Made by a program: the position numbers and the translations under genes. This document shows, in pieces, positions 10,630 to 21,609 of a DNA stretch of 64,000 bases. Within the stretch, counting starts at the first letter, position 1. Each line of letters opens with the position of its first letter. The DNA comes from Rebecca billardiae RCC1528. Taxonomy: Eukaryota > Protista > Haptophyta. The notes under the pieces were generated by a model. The model ran no database searches. It had not been told where the DNA came from and saw only the letters and a program-made list of their open reading frames with translations. The DNA is taken from NCBI GenBank assembly GCA_965240325.2, contig OZ251226.1, positions 2,108,001 through 2,172,000 on the forward strand. The letters run 5' to 3'.

Positions 10630-12483
10630 TCAGCACAAGGGAAGGATTGAAGGATTGTTATCGAGTTCATGCTGAAACACATCTCCACCCTCGCTGGCAT
10701 ACTGATAGGTGTTGTCGCCGAGCAGGTGCATGCCAGCAGCATCCGCAGCGGCGACGCGTTCCACCAGTGGCGCGTCCTCGTCCGTGAACAGGACGCAGAG
10801 CGCCTCGAGCGCATGTCCCACGACCTCGTATGGATGATCATCTTCGCTCCATGAGGATGCCTTGCCGCGCTGGGGCCACGTGTGCTGGTATTCCTCGTCC
10901 ATCAACTGCATGCACCTCTCATAGCTGTTGTAGTCCTTAGCAAGCGTGATTTGGCCGAGGGCGTCTGCAGCCGATCCCATCGCCCAGCGCGCAGCACCTC
11001 CGTTGCGTGCGATGCGTGCGAGCGACGCAGCAGCACCTGCGTGCTTCTTGCCGAGCCACTTCATCTCGCCGCAGAACACGCAGCACTTGAGCGCCAGGCA
11101 GCAGCCGTGCATCGCTCGCATGAGCTGTACGGCGGCGAGGTTCCGTGAGTTCTGTTTGCGCCTTTTCTTGAAGTCCTCCTCCTCCTCAAAGATGTCGAGC
11201 AGCTCTGCCATCCCATGTACCGCAGGTACGGCGAGCACCACGACGACGGCGATGAGCTCGCGGCGCTCGTCAGCGGGCAGCTGCTCGGCGGCAAGCAGCG
11301 CGCAGAGTGCAGCAGCCGCCTCACACAACGCAGACCCCATCCCGTCAGTCTCCAACGCACGCAGGCTGAGCGGAGGAGTGCGGAACTTGGCGGCGAAGTG
11401 CTCGCTCTCCGCCTTGAGCTCCGCCGCGGGGGCAAGCCCCCGCGCGAGCGACGTGGCTGCGCCCTGCTCCTCCACCGCTGGCACGTCGGCTCGCAGAAAT
11501 GACGCCCACGCGGGCAGCTCAGCGCCCAGCTCCCGCGCGCGGCGCCACGCGGCGTGGGACAGGTGCCCGAGCAGAGGTGCATGTTGGTGCGCGGCTGCTT
11601 CCACCTCTGCATCTTCCGCCTCCTCCACGCTCTTCTTGAGGTTGCGTCTCGTTGTAGCGGCCGCGCTTTGTCCGCTACTCCCACGCTCGAGCGAGCGCTC
11701 GGCGCGCTCTGCCCGAGACAACTCCTTCTGCAAGCGCGAAGTGTGCGCCCTGGCCAGAGCGAGTGCCTTCGCCGCCATCGCCTCCTCGCGCTTCCGCTCA
11801 GCCTTCGAGCTGGCCGCAGCTACTGGCCCGGCCACCCTCGCCGCGTCGCGCTTTCGCACGGCCGCCGTCTTGCTCGGCGTGGCCGCGCGCGCCCGGGTGG
11901 GCTGCCGTGTCGCCTCCGCCTGCTTCCCGCCTGATCTGGGCGGGACGGCAGCTGCGGGCGGTGCCTCGACCGCAGGCGGCGTGTCGACGTCGAGTCGCGC
12001 GGCAGCCGAGGCGCGTCGCTTGCGCTTCGCTGTGGACGACGGCTCCTCCTCCTCCTCGTCCTTGACCGTCGCCACAGCCGCCGCGGCGCTGCGTCGCTTC
12101 TTCCGCGCGGCGCCACTCGCGCCGTCGAGGTCGAGCGGCGCCGCGTCCGCGCGAGACCGGTCGAGCACCTCCGCCACGCCGCCCTCGCGCATGGGCGAGC
12201 TCGAGAGCCACCAGCTCGTGTACTCGGTATCCACGTGCACGATGCGCCTGTCGTACGCGAGCTGCGCGTGCTCGCACAGCGTCCACAGCTCGCGAGCATC
12301 GCGCGCTGCGAGTGCCGCATCGAGCGCGGCGCGCAGGGTGCCTTGCGGGTCGAGAGACACGAGAGGGGGCGCGCGAGTCGGCTCAGTCTGCGAGACCAGC
12401 GTTGTCACCGCGGGCTGCAGCAGGCTGTCGTACAGGTGCCGGAGTCGGCCAGCGTCAACGTCACGAGCCGCAAAGCAGCACAT
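10630..12483 (-). CDS. Hypothetical protein (basic low-complexity middle, helical C-terminal region); start uncertain
   Basis: Part of ORF 10630..13203. Protein-like composition from MCCFAARD (12483) onward, with NLS-like RKKRR/KRKRR. The upstream extension overlaps the LRR gene and is probably not coding. Confidence 0.6.
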   Translation of the reverse strand: MCCFAARDVDAGRLRHLYDSLLQPAVTTLVSQTEPTRAPPLVSLDPQGTLRAALDAALAARDARELWTLCEHAQLAYDRRIVHVDTEYTSWWLSSSPMREGGVAEVLDRSRADAAPLDLDGASGAARKKRRSAAAAVATVKDEEEEEPSSTAKRKRRASAAARLDVDTPPAVEAPPAAAVPPRSGGKQAEATRQPTRARAATPSKTAAVRKRDAARVAGPVAAASSKAERKREEAMAAKALALARAHTSRLQKELSRAERAERSLERGSSGQSAAATTRRNLKKSVEEAEDAEVEAAAHQHAPLLGHLSHAAWRRARELGAELPAWASFLRADVPAVEEQGAATSLARGLAPAAELKAESEHFAAKFRTPPLSLRALETDGMGSALCEAAAALCALLAAEQLPADERRELIAVVVVLAVPAVHGMAELLDIFEEEEDFKKRRKQNSRNLAAVQLMRAMHGCCLALKCCVFCGEMKWLGKKHAGAAASLARIARNGGAARWAMGSAADALGQITLAKDYNSYERCMQLMDEEYQHTWPQRGKASSWSEDDHPYEVVGHALEALCVLFTDEDAPLVERVAAADAAGMHLLGDNTYQYASEGGDVFQHELDNNPSILPLC

Positions 12484-12796
12484 ACGCGCGTCGCGCTCGG
12501 CCACGTTCTCTCGCGGCTTGCCCTCGACCTTCGCCGGTGGCGCGTGCGAGAGATCGAGCTTTGCAAAGGGCGGGAAGTGAGCGACGTCGCTCTCGACGCG
12601 CGCGCTGCGCCTCGCCAGTTGTGTGCTCATCGGCCGGCCTGGGCGCCGATCGGCGAGGAAGCGACGATCGGCGGGAGTCGCTGGCTTCCGTCCCCCACGC
12701 CGGGCCACTCGTCCACTTTCGTCAGATTTCGTCATATCCCGTCCGGGACTCCGGGCGGGGCTTCCACCCGGGGCCGGCCGGCGGACGCACGGCAGC

Positions 12797-14554
12797 ATGG
12801 GCGCCTGCCCCGGCCGCCCTGTGCTCGAGGAGTTCTTCGCGACGCCCGCCATGGGTGACGCCGCGGCGGCTGCGCCTTCGTGCGCGGCACCCACGCTCTC
12901 CCCTGACGTGCCCGCGCTGACGCAGCTGCTCGCCCGCGCATCGCATGCCGAGCCCCCCCTGTCCGCCATCGAGGCGGAGCGGCTGGGCGCGCTGCTGGGG
13001 GCGCTGGCCGGGTCGGAGCTCCGCGCGCTCACGGTGAGCACGACGATGGGCCAGTGGCTCGGTCGAGCGCAGGCGGTGCAGCTCGGTGCCGCACTGCCGA
13101 GCACACTGACGGAGCTCTCGCTCCACGCCGTCCACGGCGCCGCGCTGCCGGCCGTCGCGCGCGTGGTGGCGGGCGGCCGTCTCGCCCGGCTCGAGCTGAG
13201 CATGCACGCGGTGGAGGCGGAATGGGCGGATGTGCTGGTTGGTGCGCTGCGCGAGTGCGCACTCGCTCAGCCCATGGCCCTGCGCGCCATCTACCTCGAC
13301 CTCGCGCCGCCATTGTCGCCGCACGCGGCAGCCGCGCTGCTCGTCGCATGCGGCTGCATCGCAAGCGCCCGCGGCGCTGCGCTCGCCTCGGTGGCGCTGC
13401 CGCGCTGCGGGCTGGGCGCAGCCGGCCCGGGGGCACTCGGGGGCCTTTTGCGCGGCTCGCGCGCCGTCACGCACCTGCACCTGCGTTCCAACGCCATCGG
13501 TGACGCCGGCGCGCTCGCGCTTGCCGAAGAGCTGCCCGCGCATGCACGGCTGCGCGCGCTCGACCTCAGCGCCAACGGCATTGGCGCAGCGGGCGCCGTG
13601 CGGCTGGGCGGTGCGCTCAGCCGGCTGACGGACGTGGAGGAGCTGCTGCTTGGACTGAACGGCAGGCTTGGCGACGCGGGGGCGGCGGCGCTGGCCAGCG
13701 CGCTCCTGCACCATACGCGGCTTCGCGTGCTCGACCTGAGCCAGGGCATTGGCGCCGACCCAGGCACCGCACCTGCTGCTGCCGCCGAGCACAGCGGCGT
13801 GGCCGCGAGCGGCGGGGGCGGTGACGCTGACGGCTTCGGCGGCTTCGGCGGCTTCGGCGGGGATGGCACGGCTCGGATCGGTGACGCGGGCGCCACGGCG
13901 CTCGCGGCCGCCCTCCGAGGGCTGGCGCACCTCGAGTCTCTGCGCCTCCAGCGCCAGGCCATTGGCGACGTGGGTGCCGCCGCGCTCGGCGCAGCGCTCG
14001 GCGGCGCCGCCGCGGGGGCTCTTCGCGAGCTGGGCCTGCTGGGGAACGGCATCGGTGATGGTGGCGCGCGCGCGCTCGCCCCGGCCGTGCGGGCGTGCGT
14101 GTGCCTGGAGGACCTGAGCATCGGCAGCGCCCTCGGCCCCGCGGGTGCGCAGGCGCTCGCGGGCGCGGTGCGCGGCCACGGCGCGCTGCGATCGCTCTGC
14201 TTGGACCACAACAGCGCGCTGGGCGACGCCGGCGGCGCCGCACTCGCGGACGCACTCCCGTCGGTGCCGCGGCTCGAGACGTTGCAGCTGTACGACACGG
14301 GCCTGGCCGACGCGGGCGCGCAGGCGCTCGCGCGCGCACTGCGCGGCGCCGGGGCGCTCCACACGCTCGAGCTGCGTCAGAACCCAAGAATCGGCCGCGC
14401 GGGGCATGCAGCGCTGCGCAAGCTCGGCGCCAGGCGCCAGGCCGGTGCGGCGGGCAGTCATAGCAGTGCCGGCTTGCGGCTGCAGGTTGATAACCCGCGC
14501 ACGATCAAGGGCCGGGCGCTGTGGCTCGCACAGGGGCTAGGTAATCTCGGCTGA
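12797..14554 (+). CDS. Ribonuclease-inhibitor-like (NLRC3/RanGAP-type) leucine-rich repeat protein
   Basis: Repeated LxxLxLxxNxIGDxGAxALA motifs. Candidate starts at ATG 12797 or 12851. Confidence 0.85.
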   Translation: MGACPGRPVLEEFFATPAMGDAAAAAPSCAAPTLSPDVPALTQLLARASHAEPPLSAIEAERLGALLGALAGSELRALTVSTTMGQWLGRAQAVQLGAALPSTLTELSLHAVHGAALPAVARVVAGGRLARLELSMHAVEAEWADVLVGALRECALAQPMALRAIYLDLAPPLSPHAAAALLVACGCIASARGAALASVALPRCGLGAAGPGALGGLLRGSRAVTHLHLRSNAIGDAGALALAEELPAHARLRALDLSANGIGAAGAVRLGGALSRLTDVEELLLGLNGRLGDAGAAALASALLHHTRLRVLDLSQGIGADPGTAPAAAAEHSGVAASGGGGDADGFGGFGGFGGDGTARIGDAGATALAAALRGLAHLESLRLQRQAIGDVGAAALGAALGGAAAGALRELGLLGNGIGDGGARALAPAVRACVCLEDLSIGSALGPAGAQALAGAVRGHGALRSLCLDHNSALGDAGGAALADALPSVPRLETLQLYDTGLADAGAQALARALRGAGALHTLELRQNPRIGRAGHAALRKLGARRQAGAAGSHSSAGLRLQVDNPRTIKGRALWLAQGLGNLG

Positions 14555-14771
14555 CTGAGCTGCGACTGGTTATCATGGCACCGTGACCGCGTTGACTGCT
14601 GCTGCTACATGACAGTACTGCAGCAGACTGCTGATGCTGCCACAAATTGAAATCCGCACAATATCATCAGCAGACGACCGTACGCGTGATCGTCAGCCGC
14701 CCCTCACTCCCTGCTCGCCGCTGCTCGGAGTTGTCGGTCGCCTGTGCTGACAGATTCCAACAGCGATGACG

Positions 14772-16583
14772 TCACGCCGCGCCGAGGAGCACGTCCAGGT
14801 CGGCGCGCAGGGCCTCGTCCGAGCCGAGCGCGGGCAGCGCACCGACCTCGACGCCGAGCGCGGTCGCGAGCTCCCGGCGCGCGTCGCCGCCAAAGAGCAG
14901 CAGCTGGCCGAGCGCTCGCACCAGCCGGCTGTCCACCTCGGGGACCCTGGCCTCACGCTCGACGTTGAGCTCGTCGATGATCGCGCAGAGGAGCATCGTC
15001 GCGCGCTCGTCGTCCGCGTGCGTGCCCCCGTGCAGGCTGAGGTTGTACACGATGGCCGCCGCCATCAGCCGCGCGTTGGCCGCAGACGCGTCCCGCTGTA
15101 GCATGCCCAGCGCGCCGCTGATCAGCGCGGAGGAGAGGTGGTCATCCGCGAGCAGCTCGGATGCCGCGGCGGGGAGGGCGAGCGCGTTCGCCACAGCGGA
15201 CGCGGCGAGCACGCGCGTCGTGGGCGACACGTCCGCGTCCGGTGCGAGCGCGCGCTGCACGAGCGCGCGCAGCGCGCCCTTCTCGCGCAGCGTTGCCGAC
15301 GCGGCGCGCTCGACGAGCAGCGGGCGCGCGACAAAGCACGCCATGGTGATCCGTCGGCCCGGCCACGCGGCGAGCGCGCGCGAGAGAGCGCCGAGCGCCG
15401 CGCGCTCGTCGGCCGGCATGGCCTCGAGCGCCGACGTCGTCGCGCGCGCCTCGGCCGCCGCGGCCGCCGCCGTCGCCGGCGGTCGGTGGATACTCGACGT
15501 GTCAACCGCTGCGGCGCGCGCGAGCAGCCGGGGCAGGGCCGCCGAGACCGCCTCCTCCTCCGCCGCGCTGAAGCGCAGGTCGGCGCTCAGCTCGCGCGAG
15601 GCGGCCAGCAGCTTGGCGATCGAGCCCGCGGCGTCGCCCTGCAGGCTGAGCAGCGGCGCGGCCCGCGAGCCGAGCGCGCGCATGCGACCGTCGAGCTCCG
15701 CAGGCGCCTTGGGCGGGACGGTGCCCGCGGCGGTGGCGGCCGCGCCGCTGGGCGCACCGTCCGTCTGTGGCGGCGCTCGCGGCTGTGCGGCAGGCGCGGC
15801 GCGCTCGGCTGCGCCCGCCGCGCCCGCCGCCGGCTGCTGCGGCTGCCCCCCTGCCGCCTCTGGCTCGAGGGAGAAGGAGGGGACGAGGGCGCCGAGCGGG
15901 CTGTTGCGCCCGAGCCCGGCGAGCAGCGGCCGGATCATGTCCGCCATCGGCGAGTTGAAGAGCCGGTACAGCAGCTCGGTGGCCTGCCCGCTGATGTCGT
16001 CGGGGATGCCGTGCCCCACGAGGAAGTGCGCCGCCTCATCTGCGCGCGCCGAGCGGGGGCGAAGCGGGCAGGAGACGGGTGGCGCCCGGTGCGGCCGCTC
16101 AGAGGGCGCGGGTCCGCGCGGCACGCGGCCGACACTGCCCGCCGAGCGTGCGCTGCTGGCACACACCGGTGAAGTGGTTGCAGTTGCGGCGGATCAGGTT
16201 GTACGACGTGCTCGAGAAGAACTCGCGCCCCCTGTCCGCCACCCACTCCTCAAAGACCTCTGCGGGAATCTCAGTGTCGCCCAGATCCACCGTCTTGGTG
16301 GGGCTCATGCCGAAGCTCTGCGCGAAATCGGCCTCCGGGATGGAGTTGATGCCGCTGCCAAAGAAGTACTCCTTGCCGTAGCACACGATACCTGTGTGCC
16401 AGATGCCCTCGACCGGCCTTCCCAGGATGGCCGGCGCTGCGCGCGCACAGGCGCGCATGGAGTGGCGCGCACAGGGTGCGTCACGCGCATGCCCAGCGTG
16501 CGGGCCCACGGCGCGCGCCGCGACGCACCCATGAGGGACGCCATGCCCTGCGTCAGGTCGTACACGCGCAGCTGAACGCGCAT
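14772..16583 (-). CDS. DeSI/PPPDE-family isopeptidase fused to a C-terminal PUL-like domain. Exons 16583-16529, 16436-16167, 16039-14772
   Basis: VQLRVYDL, GIWHTGIV-YGKEYFFG and YNLIRRNCNHF give the catalytic His/Cys dyad of PPPDE. Introns 16437-16528 and 16040-16166 give a continuous ~530-aa frame. The ARM-like tail (AAAIVYNLSL...RLVRALGQLL) is PUL-like. Confidence 0.85.
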
Positions 16584-18288
16584 CGCGCACGACTTCGGCG
16601 TCGCGCAGGTGGCGGCAGCGCGCGGTTGGTCCAGACGCGCCGCAGACGTGTGCAGTCAGCGCCCAAGCGAGCGCTGCCGACCGGCTGCATGCGCGCGCAG
16701 CGCTCTGCTTCGTCGCCACTGGGGACACGGCACCCAGGGTCGGAGAAATCAGAAAATCGGCGCGCTTTTTATTTCCGCCTTGCATTTATTCAGCCGCGCG
16801 CTGCGCGGCGGACGCGCGCGTCTCGGGGGAGCGGGCGACGGCGCCGCGCTCCCGTGCGTGTGGACGATCCCGCGAGCGCAGAGCCGGCGAGCTAGGCTGG
16901 GCAGTCGTGCTGAAGTGCCATTCGCCGCTTCGCGCCGCGCATCGCATTCGGCTGTACTTGCCTCGGGCCAGCACTTGTCTGTGCACACCGCCACACGGCC
17001 AGCCTCGCCCGCGTGCGCCATGCGAGGCGAGACACACACGGAGCATGCGCTTCCGCGCGGCGAGGCCTACGCTGTACGCACTGCGCTACCTTGCGCCGCC
17101 GCGCATGAGCGCGGGTCCGAACAGCTGCGTTCAGGTGTGCTGATTGCATCATTCATACGAGCCGATTGGTCGAACAAGCGCTCTGGCCCGACGATGACGT
17201 TGCAGCGCACGCCATGCTGATATGCGGTGACGCGGAGCATGTGCGCTCGCGCGGAGTGGCCACACACGTGACCGCTGTCCAGCTCTGCCCCGGCATTGAA
17301 CTCCCTGACTCGTGCTCCGACGTCAATCTTGGCCCGAGCTAGTACGTGCATGCATGCGTGCTGATGCAGAATATACCTGAACGAGGCCCATGATGGCCTG
17401 CGTGTATGTGCCTCCTCGGATGACACGGCGCGTGTATGAATGTGTGTATACTACCTTGTCCAGCAGTAGCTCACGTCTGGACGTTCGTGTCGAACTTGAC
17501 GGTGCGCATCGTGCACACACGGTCAGCCTTGATCAGACGCACCCGTGCAGCCGGAAGGCAGCATCAGCCTGCCTAAGACGTGAGCATCCAGCCCCGACGC
17601 CGCTTCCGGTGCCTGAATGGCGCGCGCTCCTTTCACGCGGGAATGTGCTCACTACATCACTATCCAGAAGGGCGCATGTCAGTGCTTTTCATGCTCACAC
17701 GACCCTCGCCGTAGGTCGATGCCAACCGCTGCGTGATGCTCGACCATGCCTTTTGACGGCTGTGTGACCCGTGCAGATGCGTATGCCAGGCAGCGTACTG
17801 TGACGAGCGATGACGCGTGCATAAACTACCTGGACATTGCCCATTGCAACCAAGTGCCGGACGCCGACGCCGCTGCTCGCGGCACGCGTGCAGTCAGCCG
17901 AGGAATGCACACAACTTCCTTGTTGGTGCGGCGCACGCGATGGCCTGAGGCGCGGCGGATGCAGTGATTCCGAACGGCGAGCGGTGGAACGACGCAAATG
18001 GCTGCTCTTCAGCCGCGCTCAACCACGCGCACCGCCTTCGCGGGCACGCAACTACCGCAGGAGGGCGCGCAGTCGGCACCCATCTCGCCCCTCCAGCGCC
18101 GCCCAGCGCGCTGTCAGCGCAGCCGCCAGCGGCAGAGGTTGGTGGTGCTCTGACGGCATCACCAACATATTCGGAAAAGAAAATCCCCACCCGAAATTCC
18201 TGCGCCCAGTGGGACCTGCCGCTTGCGTCTGCGCGCGGGGCGCAAGACGCACCCGCACAGGCTGGGGCAACCGGTGGCTGCACGCGCC

Positions 18289-19575
18289 ATGTCGGAGCCC
18301 GACGCTGACGCTGACGCGTATGCCGACGACGGTGGGGAGGGTGGCGATGGGGGAAAGGGGCCTGGTCGGAGGCCGGTGAAGAAGAAGGACCGCCAGCTCT
18401 ACCGCTCCGCGGCGGAGCACCACCTCCTCGAGGGCTTGCCCGACGACTGGCAGCTCGAGGCGGTCCCGCGTGGCGCGGGTACCAAGCACGTCGACTACTA
18501 CTGGATCTCGCCGCCGGACCCGTTCACCGGGCGGCCGAAGCGGCTGCGCTCGATGAACGAGGTGCGCTCGTACCTCAACCCCGAGACCATCATGAAGGAG
18601 CGCAGCAAGCGCATCGACCACGACCGCGAGCAGGTGAAGAAGGTCCTCGACCTTCTCATCAGCAAGGTCGAGAGGCGCTACGCCAAGGCAGAGACGCGCG
18701 GGCCGAGCGGGCTGGGCGGGCGGGGGCGGGGTTACAAGCCGCTCATCATGCGCCACGCTGCAGACATCATGCGGGTGCGCAGCGCGCGCCCGCCCTGCGC
18801 CCGCCCTGCACAGCGATGCGCGCCCCCAGCGCGCGCTCACGCTGCCCCGCGGGTGCGCCGCCTGCTCCGCACCGTCCATGCGCGCTGCGCGCAGGAGCCG
18901 CTGAGCGCGTTCGTGCTCTACGGCCTCGAGCAGCACCTCAACGTCGATCCGACGGGCGCCACCGCGCAGACCGACGCGCGCGAGCTCGCGCGCGCGTACG
19001 GCGAGCAGTGGCTCGAGGCGGGCGCAGAGGTGCGCGCGCCTTTTGAGCAGATGGCCAGCCTGCTGGAGGCGACGCGCTGCTCGGCGCTGCAGGCGCGGCA
19101 GGAGGCGCGGAGAGAGGCGCTGAAGCAGCAGGCGCTGACGAAGGAGATCGCGGTGCGCTCCGACGAGGGCATCCTCGCCGACGCCGTCGCCGCGATGGCG
19201 CCCGGCACCGGCCGGTACGCGCCAGGTGCCAGCTCGTACGGTGGCAGCAGCGCGGCCGCCGGCAAGCGCGGGCGCGGCGGCGGGCGTGGCCGCGGCGCGG
19301 CGGGTGGTGGCGCGGCGCGTGGGCGCGGGGCCGCCTCCGCAGGCCGGGGCCGTGGGCGGGGCCAGGGCCGCGGCCGGGGCCGAGGCGGCGGCCGCGCCTC
19401 GCGTGATGCGGACAGCGACGTGATGGCCCTGCCTCCGAAGAAGCAGCGCCTCCTGGCGGCGGGCTACAACGCGCCCACGCCTGAGGACAACGCTGCGCGG
19501 CGCGAGGCGAAAGCCTCGCGTGCACAAGCAGGCGGGGCGGACGCGGCGACGCCACCTGGCGGAGAAGGCGCGTGA
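18289..19575 (+). CDS. Methyl-CpG-binding-domain protein with HMG-box-like domain and RGG tail. Intron 18775-18894
   Basis: LPDDWQLEAVPRGAGTKHVDYYWISP...KRLRSMNEVRSYL matches MBD. EPLSAFVLYG...ELARAYGEQW...RAPFEQMA matches an HMG box. GRG repeats and PPKKQR NLS. Confidence 0.75.
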   Translation: MSEPDADADAYADDGGEGGDGGKGPGRRPVKKKDRQLYRSAAEHHLLEGLPDDWQLEAVPRGAGTKHVDYYWISPPDPFTGRPKRLRSMNEVRSYLNPETIMKERSKRIDHDREQVKKVLDLLISKVERRYAKAETRGPSGLGGRGRGYKPLIMRHAADIMRVRSARPPCARPAQRCAPPARAHAAPRVRRLLRTVHARCAQEPLSAFVLYGLEQHLNVDPTGATAQTDARELARAYGEQWLEAGAEVRAPFEQMASLLEATRCSALQARQEARREALKQQALTKEIAVRSDEGILADAVAAMAPGTGRYAPGASSYGGSSAAAGKRGRGGGRGRGAAGGGAARGRGAASAGRGRGRGQGRGRGRGGGRASRDADSDVMALPPKKQRLLAAGYNAPTPEDNAARREAKASRAQAGGADAATPPGGEGA

Positions 19576-20089
19576 GTGCGTCATGATCAATCTAGACTTC
19601 GACCCAGGCACAGCAGTACGTGCCGCGCATCACCGATCACGTCGTCCTGGCTCACTCCTGGCATCGCGTCAGCAGAGCCGTCTGATCGTCAGTCGATCGT
19701 ATTATTAATATGATCATCAAATTCAATCATCATGATCATTTAATCGCGAGCCCCGCTCGCATTGGTTAGTTCGATCGTAAGTACTAGAACAATAATAACC
19801 AATTATGCGAGCGGATGAGCGCGAGTTTTTATTATATTATAATACCGGTATAGGAAACTAGGACACGCGTAGTCCGCGGTGATTCCTACAATTGGACTGA
19901 CCAGTGGCGCGGCGGCAGCTACGACGCCCGATGCGGCGGCAGCGGTAACTGCGGCTGTGCAGTGTCAGAATCACCGCGTGCAGCGGCGGCTCTGAGGTCG
20001 GTGTGCTTGCGCTGTCGTCGCTTGGCAGTGCGCATAGCCTGGCTGCCTGGGTGATTCGCCAGCTTGCGCTTGTGCACGGTGACGGGTGG

Positions 20090-20440
20090 GCTGATGACTG
20101 CAGACCATGCCAGCCAGCTTGTGCTCAGCGCACCGGCTGGCGCGCGCGTCGCCCGGTATGCCAAACGAAGGGTGCTTGCCGATGCAGCCAGCATGATCGC
20201 ACTTGGGGTTCTTTCTTCACATCGACCATGCCGGCCAGCTTGTGCTCAGCGCACCGGCTGGCGCGCGCGTCGCCCGGCATGCCGTATGATTGCCCCTCTG
20301 TGCAGCCGACATGATCGCACTTGGGGCTCACCACGTTGACCATACCAGCCGCCAGCTTGTGCTGAGCGCACCGGCTGGCGCGCGCGTCGCCCAGCATGCC
20401 GTGTGATGCGGCCATGTCGGGCAGCCAGCATGCTCGCGCG
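20090..20440 (-). pseudogene. Frameshifted fragment with three EsV-1-7-type Cys/His-rich repeats
   Basis: Units read KCDHxGCxxxxSxGxPGDARASRCAEHKLAGMVxV, about 120 bp each, with frameshifts near 20210 and 20417. Confidence 0.65.
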
Positions 20441-20717
20441 TGCGGAGTTTCTTGTCGATCACTCTGACCGGCGTGCGTGTGTCATCCCTCTCGTTGTTCT
20501 CCATCCGGCTGCCTCGCTCGTAAAGCGTAGAGTACGACGTCAGTCTCGACGCCGCGTGCCCGTGGAAGCCGTCCACGCCCGTCCCCGGTGGAGCGCGGCT
20601 GAGCTCTTCGTCCGGTTGCCGGAATGCCGGGCGCCCGAACGCCCGGATCCGGGGCCGAGCGTAGAGACTTAGAGGAGACTCCATCGTGAAGACGATCGAC
20701 GTGGTGCGGGGGTGCTG

Positions 20718-20999
20718 ATGCCGCGCCGCTTGAACAACCCGCAGCTTTTCAAGCTGATGCGCGTTGTGCTGTCGGACGGCTCGACGTATACCAAGCGTGG
20801 CATGTACCCATATCGATTCTTCAAATCTCATCTTGATGAGCGCAACAACCCGGCGTGGGCGACGAGTTCGATGGACGACCTTGACGACGAGAACTACAGA
20901 AAGAAGCGCGAGCAGGAGCTGCTTCTGAAGGAGCGCGCGAACACGCTCAAATTCACAGCGAAGATCAGCAGGGGAGGCAGCAAGTCCAAAAAGCGCTAG
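20718..20999 (+). CDS. Probable mitochondrial ribosomal protein bL31m (MRPL36/L31-like)
   Basis: 93-aa basic protein with RVVLSDGSTY...P...D.RNNPAW, resembling fungal/plant bL31m. Confidence 0.6.
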   Translation: MPRRLNNPQLFKLMRVVLSDGSTYTKRGMYPYRFFKSHLDERNNPAWATSSMDDLDDENYRKKREQELLLKERANTLKFTAKISRGGSKSKKR

Positions 21000-21609
21000 G
21001 CCCGCGATCTGTTTCCACTTTTCCTTGAAGCTAATGGTTACCCGGCTTCCCCGTCAAGCTGGTGGGGTTACCAACCGCTTCCCTGGCGCCAGATCAATCC
21101 TTCCATGACCTGATGATGGCGGCAGGCTGATTTCTCATCACCGTCTCGTGACGATGCGCCGACTACGGCTGACAGTCCGCAGTCCTGCCGCGGGATGCCA
21201 GGCCCAGGACAGAGGTCGGGCACCTCAGCTCACAGCTGCCGAACGGCCAACTGCCGGGCCGCGTCCCGCGCAGTGGATCAATGGCATCATCAGGCGTTTA
21301 TGATGCTGTGCCAGTAGCATCGCATCCCACTACCGTGCCCGCACACTGCATTCATGCGTAGGAGTAGTGGCGGCACAATAACACGCGCGCGGAATATGAT
21401 GCGCACGGAGGTGACGGAGCGGCCACCGACACGTCCGACAGACAGACAGTCCGCGTGACACCGCCGTGAGGCCCAGTGTGACATTTACCGTCGGAGCGTC
21501 ATTGAGTGGGGGCCTCGCAACGAGCCGCGCGGGCGCTCGGTCCTATCGGTTGGCGACCTGCTGATCGGGCGCTCTCCTTTCCCTGCCTTCTCCCCTCACC
21601 GCCCGGGAG

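Noticed and set aside
12484-13203. N-terminal extension of the minus-strand ORF overlapping the LRR gene
   Set aside because: Non-ATG start and antisense to the LRR coding region. More simply a short divergent promoter between two genes.
17050-17860. Possible small multi-exon minus-strand gene (MGNVQ|gtag..., RVRLIKADRVCTMRTVKFDTNVQ|gtgag)
   Set aside because: Could not assemble a consistent spliced frame or recognise a family. It needs RNA-seq.
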